A DNA stretch of 63,999 nt, filler included, from Candidatus Babelota bacterium (GTDB lineage: Bacteria; JAGOBX01), in NCBI GenBank assembly GCA_017999075.1. It is 11 parts of 11 records of this genome, joined end to end, with 100 filler letters (N's around TTAATTAATTAA, not from the genome) between each part and the next. Parts side by side here need not be neighbours in the genome. Positions count along the whole stretch, not along the records: positions 6,029 to 11,931 come from JAGOBX010000249.1; positions 12,032 to 17,908 come from JAGOBX010000250.1; positions 18,009 to 23,876 come from JAGOBX010000251.1; 8 more parts are not named here. One strand, given 5' to 3'. Within the stretch, counting starts at the first letter, position 1. Each line of letters begins with the position of its first letter. Under the pieces are notes generated by a model. It made no database searches, was not told the origin of the DNA, and worked only from the letters and a program-made list of their open reading frames with translations. The translations under genes and the position numbers were made by a program. Positions 8,380-18,009 of the stretch are shown in pieces.

Positions 8380-11300
8380 TTAATTCATTTTCCTTTCATA
8401 CATAAACATCAGCAGACCCAAATCTCTGCGTATATCGTCGATTTCAGCGCCTTCGAGTTTTTGGATGTCGCGTATGATACGGCCTAACCGTTCGATTTTG
8501 TAAAGTATCTGCGAGTTAGTGTTTTCAGGACGATTGCGCAGATATTGTAAATCATTTATTGCGCGATCGATTATGCGTAAATCCTGATATGACAAAACTT
8601 CAAAACTGCTGCCGCCTTCGAGCAGGTATATTTGTACCGGTAAAATATTATTTCCGGTTATCGTAATCAATGAACCGTTTGAAAGTCCTGTAAAATCCGC
8701 TATTCTGACGCGGTTGCGCCGGAATACCTGAACACGAGACGCTTCGCCTGAGTATTTCAAAGTGATTGATGTAAGTTCGCGCCAGCCCCAGCAGCGATTG
8801 TGATGCGGATGTTTGTATGTAAGCGCAATAATTTCGAATGCGCCGAATTTATCGCCGATTTTTAATTTTTTGCCATAAGTTTTGATGCGCGTTACATCAT
8901 CGAAATTAGGCAGATTTTCAAGATTTGAGATTATATAATCATAACTTGTAGCATAATCAAAATCTATTGATATTTCCGCTTTCAAATTATTAAAAGGAGG
9001 ATGAGTAAAATAATTTCCATGTAGCAGATATTCGAGTCTGCCTGATATTTCATACTCGCCTGCTGTTAAAGGCATATTCAATATTGCCCTGAATTCAGTT
9101 TCGGAATCCTTTGCAATTTGAGATTGAGTTATATATGAAATTTCATCGGCTGACAATGTTCCTCTGTCAAGTATCTGTTTGATTTCAAAACCTTCCGGCA
9201 GCATTTTAACGCCTAATAATTGTAGAGGCATTATTTTCGGCGACGCTGTTATTACGCTTAAAATTTCCGAACCGCTGAATGCGGCTGCGTTATCAGGTCT
9301 AATATAATCAATACTTCTGCGAATAAAATTTGAAATTATATTATATGTCGCGCTTTCCAGAACTGCAGACAAATCAAACGCGAAATAAACCGTTTTTCCT
9401 TCGCCGAATGAATTCATTAATATTACAGGCGATTGATTGCTGACAGGAGTTACATCAATAATTTTTATGTCTCCGTCAATTATATCTCCTGGCTCTACTG
9501 TGGAATGCGATGTTCCCGAAGTATTGATTGATTCGTCAAATATTTTATGGTTCGCAATATCATAAACCTTGATTTTGGTTGTTGAATTTAATACTTCGTC
9601 AGGAAGTTTGGTTCCGTCGATTGTAAAATCAAAAGGTCCGATGCCTTCTACTGAATCGAATATTGAAGCACCTGAACTTAATTCTATTCTTACAGTATCG
9701 CCGTTTGTATTAGGCAGGTATTTACAGTCAACAAACACTATTCCGCTTGGAGCCGGATTCAGTTCGCAAAAACCGCCCGCCTGCGCCGCGGTGTATGCGG
9801 ACAACTGAACCTTATACACTTCGCCTTGAACAGTCATACTTCCCGCTTCTGTAACAGGAGTAGATACAAGATTCATCAGCCTGTCGTTTTCGCTGCGCAT
9901 TTTATTATTGATTTTCGCGCCGTAAAAATCATATCCTTTCGAAGGTTGAGTATATGTATGATGGCGGTAACGCCATTTGCGCTGACGCAGACAATCTGCC
10001 GCTATATCCTTAAACATACTGCCGATAAATCCGCCGCCTGCGTAAATATGCTCGCGTATTTCGTCTTCCTCGTATTCTGAAAATCTATTGTGTTCGCCGA
10101 GTATCATCATCATATCATAACTGTTTGAACGCAATTTTTTTAAAAATTCGTCTTTGTCTTGTACAATTGCATACCCAGGTATTTTCAGTGAATTCATTAT
10201 ATTTGAGATCAAATCTTCCGGCACGATTTTATAACCGTTATCAACCTTCACTTTCAGATTATTTCCCTGTTTCTGATAATTAAGCCACACTAATAATTTT
10301 CCTGAACTTGTTATTGAAATATCTCCGGCCAATGCGTCTATCATTGTAAACTGTCTTGAATATTCAGGACTTAAGTTTCCAAGCATATCAACGGCTTTAT
10401 ATTGTAATGTTACAATACCGCTGTCTATATTTGAAATTGTAAACGGTAAATCGTATTCAAGATATTCTCCATCATTTATTTTATAATATATTTGATCAAT
10501 GCCTGCTCCGGTTCCGCTGTCTATGGCTGTAATTGTGAACCTGCTTTCTTTAATAATTTCTGTTTGCGAATCATTTGAATATTCGATTGACAAAAGAAGA
10601 AGAGGAACAGTTTTATCCACAATGATATTTACATTGTTCCAATCTTCAATGTTTTTTGAAATATCAATTGAACGGTATTTGAATGTATGTGCGCCAGTAC
10701 TCCATCCGCCAGTTCCCTTAACATTGCACTCAGTAGTCTGCACTGCAATTATTGTACTATCATCAATACTGTATTCTATCCCGAAGACTCCTGATAAAAC
10801 GTCCGTGCATTTTATTATGATTTGCGTTGAATCGTTGATAAATACAGGGTTTGTACCGTATTTCGGTTCGGAGATCAGAATTTCAGAAACAGATTTTGTA
10901 AGATCAATATTAATATTGTCCACCGAAGACACCGAGGTATTACCGGCTAAATCTGTAGCTATCCACTCTGCATTTTGCCCTTTGCCTTCAATCAGAATTC
11001 TATATTCTGAACTCTGCGTCATTCCACTTAAAGCATCACTCGCGCTGAATGCTACCTGAACATTTTGGTTAAACCAAATATTTTCTGACGGATAAACAAG
11101 TGCCCAATTTTCAGTATCTGTACTCTGTATTCTGCACTTTGAGCTAATTACAGGCGCAGTTTTATCAATATTAATTTTATCCACCGAAATCACCGAGGTA
11201 TTACCAGCTAAATCCTGCGCAATCCACGACGCTGACTGATTTGAACCCTCTGATGATAAAATAATTTCTTTAGTGTATTCCATCAGTCCTGATAGATCTG

Positions 11301-11931
11301 AAGCGGTAAATATAACTTTTATATTTCCATTAAACCAAATATTTTCCGCCGGCTGCGCTACAAACCATTCTCCGTCCTTTGCGCTCTGCGCTTTATACTC
11401 TGCAATGATTACAGGCGCAGTTTTGTCAATGTTTATGTTATCCACTGAGAACACCGAGGTATTTCCAGCTAAGTCTTGCGCTATCCACAACGCTGATTGA
11501 TTCGCGCCTTCATTTGCCAACATTATAACCTTCGAACTTTCCACCACTCCAGTTGCATCGCTTGCCGTAAACGTTACTCTTACGTCTTTATTAAACCAGG
11601 TATTTTCAGCAGGCTGAACTGCCTGCCAGTCTACATTCTCTGCGTCCTGTACGCTGCACTCTGCACTTATCGCTGGCTCAGTCTTATCTATCGTAAACGA
11701 TACGCTCTCGCTCGTCGTATTTCCCGCTAAATCAGTAGCTGTCAATATCGTTGTGTAATTTCCTTCGTTTATAAAAATCGTATCGCCTGATACTACGCAT
11801 TCCTCATTAACCGAATAACTTAAAATCACATCTTGATTAGTCGGCGTAACAACAGAAATAATCGTTAATACAGGCGCTGTCTTATCAATATTAATTTTAT
11901 CCACTGAGAACACCGAGGTATTTCCAGCTAA
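8380..11931 (-). CDS. Large extracellular protein with tandem Ig-like repeats and a C-terminal amidotransferase-like (Rossmann-type) region; 5' end cut by contig edge
   Basis: Repeated IDKTAP...WFN..V.V.F.ASD..G....EG.NQS..W.A.DLAGN units and OmpL47-like Y.IDD/Y.IND repeats. The frame is open to the contig edge. Confidence 0.8.
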   Translation of the reverse strand, partial: LAGNTSVFSVDKINIDKTAPVLTIISVVTPTNQDVILSYSVNEECVVSGDTIFINEGNYTTILTATDLAGNTTSESVSFTIDKTEPAISAECSVQDAENVDWQAVQPAENTWFNKDVRVTFTASDATGVVESSKVIMLANEGANQSALWIAQDLAGNTSVFSVDNINIDKTAPVIIAEYKAQSAKDGEWFVAQPAENIWFNGNIKVIFTASDLSGLMEYTKEIILSSEGSNQSASWIAQDLAGNTSVISVDKINIDKTAPVISSKCRIQSTDTENWALVYPSENIWFNQNVQVAFSASDALSGMTQSSEYRILIEGKGQNAEWIATDLAGNTSVSSVDNINIDLTKSVSEILISEPKYGTNPVFINDSTQIIIKCTDVLSGVFGIEYSIDDSTIIAVQTTECNVKGTGGWSTGAHTFKYRSIDISKNIEDWNNVNIIVDKTVPLLLLSIEYSNDSQTEIIKESRFTITAIDSGTGAGIDQIYYKINDGEYLEYDLPFTISNIDSGIVTLQYKAVDMLGNLSPEYSRQFTMIDALAGDISITSSGKLLVWLNYQKQGNNLKVKVDNGYKIVPEDLISNIMNSLKIPGYAIVQDKDEFLKKLRSNSYDMMMILGEHNRFSEYEEDEIREHIYAGGGFIGSMFKDIAADCLRQRKWRYRHHTYTQPSKGYDFYGAKINNKMRSENDRLMNLVSTPVTEAGSMTVQGEVYKVQLSAYTAAQAGGFCELNPAPSGIVFVDCKYLPNTNGDTVRIELSSGASIFDSVEGIGPFDFTIDGTKLPDEVLNSTTKIKVYDIANHKIFDESINTSGTSHSTVEPGDIIDGDIKIIDVTPVSNQSPVILMNSFGEGKTVYFAFDLSAVLESATYNIISNFIRRSIDYIRPDNAAAFSGSEILSVITASPKIMPLQLLGVKMLPEGFEIKQILDRGTLSADEISYITQSQIAKDSETEFRAILNMPLTAGEYEISGRLEYLLHGNYFTHPPFNNLKAEISIDFDYATSYDYIISNLENLPNFDDVTRIKTYGKKLKIGDKFGAFEIIALTYKHPHHNRCWGWRELTSITLKYSGEASRVQVFRRNRVRIADFTGLSNGSLITITGNNILPVQIYLLEGGSSFEVLSYQDLRIIDRAINDLQYLRNRPENTNSQILYKIERLGRIIRDIQKLEGAEIDDIRRDLGLLMFMYERKMN

Positions 11932-12093
11932 NNNNNNNNNNNNNNNNNNNNNNNNNNNNNNNNNNNNNNNNNNNNTTAATTAATTAANNNNNNNNNNNNN
12001 NNNNNNNNNNNNNNNNNNNNNNNNNNNNNNNGTTTGAGTTTACCAGTTTTTGAAGTTCTGATATTAAAGCAAATCAGAATTTGCTAAAAAATA

Positions 12094-12123
12094 TTGAGAA
12101 AAAATTTCTAATTTTCTTATAAT
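12094..12123 (+). promoter_or_regulatory. Possible sigma70 promoter (TTGAGA-N18-TATAAT) for the LTA-synthase-family gene
   Basis: Perfect -10 and near-consensus -35, 22 bp upstream of the ATG. The AT-rich background makes this weak. Confidence 0.3.
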
Positions 12124-12145
12124 TTAGGAATTAAAGGATTTTATT

Positions 12146-14056
12146 ATGAAAAACGAATTCAAGCGATTGGAATCTATCATCATTTTTTTTCTATTTTTTT
12201 TGTTTTCATCATCGTTTTGTAGAAGTTTATTGATTTTGATAAATTTAGATTATATTAATTTAAACACTTTAAACATTTTTAAGCTACATTTGACAGGTTT
12301 ATTTTATGACATAACTGTTTTTGCATATACTATTTTTCCATTTATTTTTTATCTTCTAATAATTCCCGATCGAATTTATAACAATTTCATAAATAAATAT
12401 ACTATATATTTTGTATTTATAATATTTATTGCGTTAAACGTATTTAATATTTTTGCTGAATACTATTTTTGGAAAGAATTCGGAATCAGATATAATTTTA
12501 TAGCGGTTGATTATCTTGTATATACAACTGAGGTCTTGAATAATATAAGAGAGTCATATCACATAAATTTTATAATAATTTTTGTCGCTGGCATTTCGAT
12601 TATTATTTTTAAATTATTGTATAAATTTATTTTATCAGAAGTAAAGACACAAACTCTAATTATTAAAAGAATTCTGTTGATTATAATCCTGTCAATAATT
12701 CCAGTAATATTTTTTTATTCAGTTGATACATCTATCCCTTCCTTTTCAAATAATGTATATGAAAATAATCTTGCCGCAAACGGAATATATTGTTTATTCA
12801 GTGCATTCAGACACAATACGCTTGATTATGACGAATTTTATACAACATATAATTTAGCTTTAGTTTTCAAAAATTTAAAAAAAAATTTTTGTACGGATTA
12901 TAAAGAAAACGATGATACTAATTTTTCAATTCAAAGAAAAATAATAAGCAATAACCCAGAAAAACAATATAATATCATATTAGTTGTAATTGAAAGTATG
13001 AGTTCTGAATTTTTAAAATCATTTGGAAACAATGAAAATCTCACTCCTAATCTTGATAAACTCGCTGAAAACGGAATTCTATATACAAATTTATTTGCAA
13101 CTGGCACAAGGACAATACGTGGATTAGAAGCAATATCTTTATCTATTCCTCCAATACCAGGCCAGTCAATTCTAAAAAGACCAAATAGTGAAAATCTTGA
13201 TTTTTGCATTTCCAGAATTTTGCAAAAAAAAAATTACGATTTAAAATTTATTTACGGCGGGTTCGGATATTTTGACAATATGAATTATTTTTTTAAAAAC
13301 AACGGATTTAAAATTATCGATCGTTCTGATATGAAAGGTCCTGAAATTAGTTTTTCAAATGCCTGGGGCGTATGTGATGAAGATTTATTTAATAAAGTAA
13401 TAAAAGAAGCGTCTGCGTCATATAAAGAACATAAATTTTTTTTTACAATGGTTATGACTACTTCAAATCATAGACCGTTTACTTATCCTGAAAACAAAAT
13501 AGACATTAAATCAGGAACCGGCAGAAACGGAGCAGTAAAATACTGCGATTTTGCGATAGGTAAATTAATTGATTCAGCAAAAAAACAAGGATGGTTTGAC
13601 AAAACAATTTTTGTTTTTACAGCAGATCATTGTGCAAGTAGCGCCGGTAAAGTAAAATTAGCAGTTGATAAATACAAAATTCCTATGATAATATACGCAC
13701 CGAAATTTCTTAAGCCTTGTAAAATAAATTATTTAGCAAGTCAAATAGATATTGTCCCAACTGTTTTTGATTTGCTCGGATGGCGGTATAATTCTAAATT
13801 TTTCGGAACATCTATTGAGTTTAATAAAAATAATAAATATAGAGCGTTCATAAGCAATTATCAAAAACTTGGCTATCTTGAAAATGACAAATTGGCAATC
13901 TTGGAACCAAAAAAAATCACATCTGCTTATAAAGTTAATTTTTCAAATTTTGAGTTGGCGGAGATGCCGGATAAAAAAGATATTGTATTTAAAGCGGCAT
14001 CTTATTATCAATCTGCAAATTATTTGTACAAAATAAACGTTAATACAAAAAAATAA
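12146..14056 (+). CDS. LTA synthase family / phosphoglycerol-transferase-like membrane sulfatase
   Basis: About five N-terminal TM helices, then VIESMS, TPNLD.LA, GTRTIRG (catalytic Thr), WGVCDE, TTSNHRPF, TADH and SQIDIVPT motifs. Confidence 0.9.
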   Translation: MKNEFKRLESIIIFFLFFLFSSSFCRSLLILINLDYINLNTLNIFKLHLTGLFYDITVFAYTIFPFIFYLLIIPDRIYNNFINKYTIYFVFIIFIALNVFNIFAEYYFWKEFGIRYNFIAVDYLVYTTEVLNNIRESYHINFIIIFVAGISIIIFKLLYKFILSEVKTQTLIIKRILLIIILSIIPVIFFYSVDTSIPSFSNNVYENNLAANGIYCLFSAFRHNTLDYDEFYTTYNLALVFKNLKKNFCTDYKENDDTNFSIQRKIISNNPEKQYNIILVVIESMSSEFLKSFGNNENLTPNLDKLAENGILYTNLFATGTRTIRGLEAISLSIPPIPGQSILKRPNSENLDFCISRILQKKNYDLKFIYGGFGYFDNMNYFFKNNGFKIIDRSDMKGPEISFSNAWGVCDEDLFNKVIKEASASYKEHKFFFTMVMTTSNHRPFTYPENKIDIKSGTGRNGAVKYCDFAIGKLIDSAKKQGWFDKTIFVFTADHCASSAGKVKLAVDKYKIPMIIYAPKFLKPCKINYLASQIDIVPTVFDLLGWRYNSKFFGTSIEFNKNNKYRAFISNYQKLGYLENDKLAILEPKKITSAYKVNFSNFELAEMPDKKDIVFKAASYYQSANYLYKINVNTKK

Positions 14057-14097
14057 TGATTTTCTTAAAACAACTTTTATAATAAGGATTTAAAGAA

Positions 14098-16269
14098 GTG
14101 AAATTTAAAAATTTTTTTAGAATTATAATTATTTCATTATTTTTTGTAATTTTTATTTTTGAATATTCAAATCTTGATATTCAAATCCAAAATAATTTTT
14201 ATGATCCATTTTCTAAAAGCTGGATAATAAATGAAAATAATTTTATTCTAAAATTTATTTTTTATGATGGTTTAAAAATGGCAATAATCGGTTTCGGTAC
14301 TATAACTTTTTTTAAATATATTTTATCATTTTTTTTTAATAAATACAAAAATCAACAAAATATTTATTTATATTTGATTTTATGCCTTGCAATAATACCT
14401 TTGAGTGTTTCTTCATTAAAAAAGATTTCCAATGTTTATCGCCCGTCATTGCTTACAATATATGGTGGCGATAAACCATATAATAAACCTTTTAGCAGAA
14501 TAACGGAACATTTTAATAAAAAAAATCAGGATTTTGGGAAAGATTATCCTGCGGGGCATGCATCTGGCGGCTTTGCATTAGTCTGCCTGTTTTTTGTTTT
14601 TAAAAAAAACAAACATAAAATTTTAGCATTAATTTTCAGTTTAACGATCGGCTGGCTTATGGGAATATATCAAGTGCTTGCAGGTAAACATTTTATATCT
14701 CACAATTTCGTAACTATGCTAATCGCTTTTTCCTTTTCGACTATTATTTACAAAATTTTTAAAGCAAAATCTAAATTGCCAGTTACGTTACTAATATTTT
14801 TTATGGTTATATTAAAAACAGAAACAATAGCATCAGGTGCTAATATTAAAGAAATCAAAATCAATCCACATCCTATTTTTAACAACGGAGGAAAGGTTTC
14901 GGGTGTTAATAAAATAATGAATAAACTACATATAATAACAAAAGTCTCTACAATAAAAAAGGATTTGTTGTTTAATGATGGAGTAATTTATGATGAGGAA
15001 AAGATAGAAAATTCTGAAAGAAATTTGCGCGCGCGCAGATATTTGTATAACGTTTCAATTGATACTAAACAAGTGAGCGATACTGAAATAAAAGTTAATG
15101 TTAATACATATGATCAATGGTCTACTGCTTTCGGATTTGCATTAAAAAAAGACGAGAAAGGAAAAAACTTAATTAAACTTGTATTTAAAGAACATAATTT
15201 ACTCGGGCTTGGAAAAGAACTGAAACTTAAGAAAGATATACTTCATCTAAATTTTAATAATCAAGAGTTAGAATATAATGACAATAATTTTTTCGGGAAA
15301 CGGAATGCAGTTTTATCATTTGTATACGCTGAATCGCAATATTCTTTAAAAAAAAATATCAGGGTTGGAAAAAAATTCGAATCGGATTTTGACAAATATT
15401 CATATTATTTAAATTTAACCAAAGCTGATTCATTAGAATCGAATGACAGTGTTGACAACAATTATATAGAAGGATTTTTATCAAATGGAAAAATCATTGG
15501 TCGCTGGGAATTTTCAGCTAGAATTCATCAATTTGAAAACATATATAAAAATTCAAAAATTAAAATGAATTATATTTTCGGAGGGATTAATTATTCTACA
15601 GGCAAATATATAAAAACAAAAGGACTACGGATTTTCAAGCAAATTGACGATATAAAACTAGGATATCAATTAGGTGGTGGCATTAAATTTATCAATCCGG
15701 CGTTTGGGGCTAATGTCAACGGCGCTGGTTGGGAATTGAATTTAAAACATATATACAATAAAGATAATGATTACATATTTCAAAATTATAATTTTGATTA
15801 TTATTATTTAAAAGATTTTTCTAACAACACGCTTGATTTTAAAGTTCAGCATCAGCATTTTTTTAAGGAAAATTTTAAACTTGTAAATCAAATAGCTTTT
15901 AAAAAAGTTCATTCGTATAAAACTGAAAATTCATTTACGCTTGGTGAAGATAAAGGTTTACGCGGTTATAAGTCCGTTACACTTGAGGGCAATAAATTTT
16001 TCTTATTCAACGCTGAATTACAGTATGTATTCAATAAAGAGCTTTGGAAAATTATGTATCCGGGAATTAATCTATTTTATGACGCGGGCAGGACATATAA
16101 TCAAGGAGAAAAATTCAAATTGGAGCATTTATATCACGATTTTGGAATTTCATTTAAAACCGTCATGCACAGGTCAAGTTCTTTTGAAGAATTTAATTTT
16201 TCAATTTCATTTCCATTTAAAGGAGAACGGAAACCGGTTTTCAGTTTTCAAACAAATGTTGAATTTTAA
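14098..16269 (+). CDS. Fusion of a PAP2-family phosphatase (N-terminal) and a POTRA + Omp85/BamA-like beta-barrel (C-terminal)
   Basis: K...RP, YPAGHASGGF and GKHFISH PAP2 motifs in the first ~220 aa. Then SERNLR, YDQWS, EHNLLGLG, LGEDKGLRGY, FYDAGR and a C-terminal Phe, typical of Omp85-like barrels. Confidence 0.75.
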   Translation: MKFKNFFRIIIISLFFVIFIFEYSNLDIQIQNNFYDPFSKSWIINENNFILKFIFYDGLKMAIIGFGTITFFKYILSFFFNKYKNQQNIYLYLILCLAIIPLSVSSLKKISNVYRPSLLTIYGGDKPYNKPFSRITEHFNKKNQDFGKDYPAGHASGGFALVCLFFVFKKNKHKILALIFSLTIGWLMGIYQVLAGKHFISHNFVTMLIAFSFSTIIYKIFKAKSKLPVTLLIFFMVILKTETIASGANIKEIKINPHPIFNNGGKVSGVNKIMNKLHIITKVSTIKKDLLFNDGVIYDEEKIENSERNLRARRYLYNVSIDTKQVSDTEIKVNVNTYDQWSTAFGFALKKDEKGKNLIKLVFKEHNLLGLGKELKLKKDILHLNFNNQELEYNDNNFFGKRNAVLSFVYAESQYSLKKNIRVGKKFESDFDKYSYYLNLTKADSLESNDSVDNNYIEGFLSNGKIIGRWEFSARIHQFENIYKNSKIKMNYIFGGINYSTGKYIKTKGLRIFKQIDDIKLGYQLGGGIKFINPAFGANVNGAGWELNLKHIYNKDNDYIFQNYNFDYYYLKDFSNNTLDFKVQHQHFFKENFKLVNQIAFKKVHSYKTENSFTLGEDKGLRGYKSVTLEGNKFFLFNAELQYVFNKELWKIMYPGINLFYDAGRTYNQGEKFKLEHLYHDFGISFKTVMHRSSSFEEFNFSISFPFKGERKPVFSFQTNVEF

Positions 16270-16401
16270 ATGAAATATATTAACTTATTACAGTTTTGTA
16301 TTGAAATATCAATTGCGGTAATTTTTATCTAAATATTTTTTGACTTATAATTTTTTTATTATATATTATTCATTAACTCAAATGTTATAGAAAAATAAGA
16401 T

Positions 16402-17085
16402 ATGCATATATTATTAATCGAAGATGACAAGCAACTCTCAAAAATTATACAAAAGGGACTGATCGAAGAAAAATATGTTGTTGATGCGGCTTTTGATGGA
16501 GAAAAAGGCGAATATTTGGCTTCTGTATATCAATATGATGCGATAATATTAGATATTCGTTTGCCGAAGATTGACGGTTATACAGTTTGTTCAATGCTTC
16601 GAAAGAATAAAAATAATACTCCTATACTTATGCTTACATCAAACGATATGATTGAACAAAAAATAAAAGGATTAGATTTAGGTGCGGATGATTATTTGAC
16701 CAAACCCTTTGATTTTAATGAATTATTAGCAAGAATTCGCGCTTTAATACGAAGAAAATATTTGCAGAGCGAAACAACCGTGTTATCTGCCCGCGATTTA
16801 ACTTTAAATACTGTAAATCATCAAGCGAAAAGAGGAAATGAGTCAATTGAACTTACATCTTTGGAATATAGATTATTGCATTTTTTTATGATGAATTCTA
16901 ATCGCGTTTTAAGCAGAACAGTTATCATCGAGCATGTTTGGGATATAAACTTTGATTTAGACAGCAATATTGTGGATGTATATGTAAATTATTTAAGAAA
17001 TAAAATTGATAAGGATTGCGATATTAAATTAATTCACACAATACGCGGAAGCGGTTATATTTTTAAAACAAAAGATGAAAATTAA
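16402..17085 (+). CDS. OmpR-family response regulator (CzcR/CopR/PmrA-like)
   Basis: ILLIEDD, ILDIRLP, GADDYLTKPF, NIVDVYVNYLRNKID and IHTIRGSGY motifs. Confidence 0.95.
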   Translation: MHILLIEDDKQLSKIIQKGLIEEKYVVDAAFDGEKGEYLASVYQYDAIILDIRLPKIDGYTVCSMLRKNKNNTPILMLTSNDMIEQKIKGLDLGADDYLTKPFDFNELLARIRALIRRKYLQSETTVLSARDLTLNTVNHQAKRGNESIELTSLEYRLLHFFMMNSNRVLSRTVIIEHVWDINFDLDSNIVDVYVNYLRNKIDKDCDIKLIHTIRGSGYIFKTKDEN

Positions 17086-17908
17086 GACAAAATTACTATT
17101 ATCTTCAAGTATACTCATTTGTGTTTCTCTTATCTTGCTTAGTTTTATTTTCTATGGATATTTAAAAATAATTTCATATGATGCCGCTGACAGTATTGTT
17201 TTCATAAAAGCAACGGATATTGCAAATGAAATAATCGACAATAAAGATGAGAATGAAGATTTAAATTTTGAAGAATTCGAATATTCTCATAAAATGACGA
17301 AACTTTTTGACAATAATTATTATATTATCATTACTGATTCAGAAAATAAAATTTTAGAATTTTCTGATTCTGTAAAGGAAAATTTCGATAAATCCAATAC
17401 ATTTGGCCGTGATTTCCAAAATGAAATAATATTCAATTATGAATCGGAAACGATTGGAGCTATTAGATTTTGCGGACTCAAAAAAAATTTAAAGAATAAA
17501 AACCATATAAATATTTATACCGGAATCAGTATTCAGCACATTATTAACATTCTTAATAAAATAAAATTGTTTTTATTTTTTATCATACCTTCAGTTATTT
17601 TTATCGCGCTGATAATCAACACATTGATTATTAAAAATGGATTTAAGCCATTAAACGATATAATTAAAAATATTTCTCAAATAGATATAACGCAATTATC
17701 ATTTGAATTTCCTAAAAGCAATAAAAAAAATGAGTTAGACGACTTAATAGATGTTTACAACGCAATGATGAAAAGGATTGACCGTGAAGTTGATAAAATA
17801 AAACAATTCACATCTGACGCTTCGCATGAGATACGAAATCCATTAAGCGTTATAAAATCTAATGTTCAAATTCATTTGCGCAAAGAAAGAACAAAAGAAG
17901 AATATCAG
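17075..17908 (+). CDS. Sensor histidine kinase (HAMP + HisKA), 3' end cut by contig edge
   Basis: Two TM segments, a HAMP region and the H-box DASHEIRNPL. Overlaps the regulator stop codon. Confidence 0.9.
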
Positions 17909-18009
17909 NNNNNNNNNNNNNNNNNNNNNNNNNNNNNNNNNNNNNNNNNNNNTTAATTAATTAANNNNNNNNNNNNNNNNNNNNNNNNNNNNNNNNNNNN
18001 NNNNNNNNA

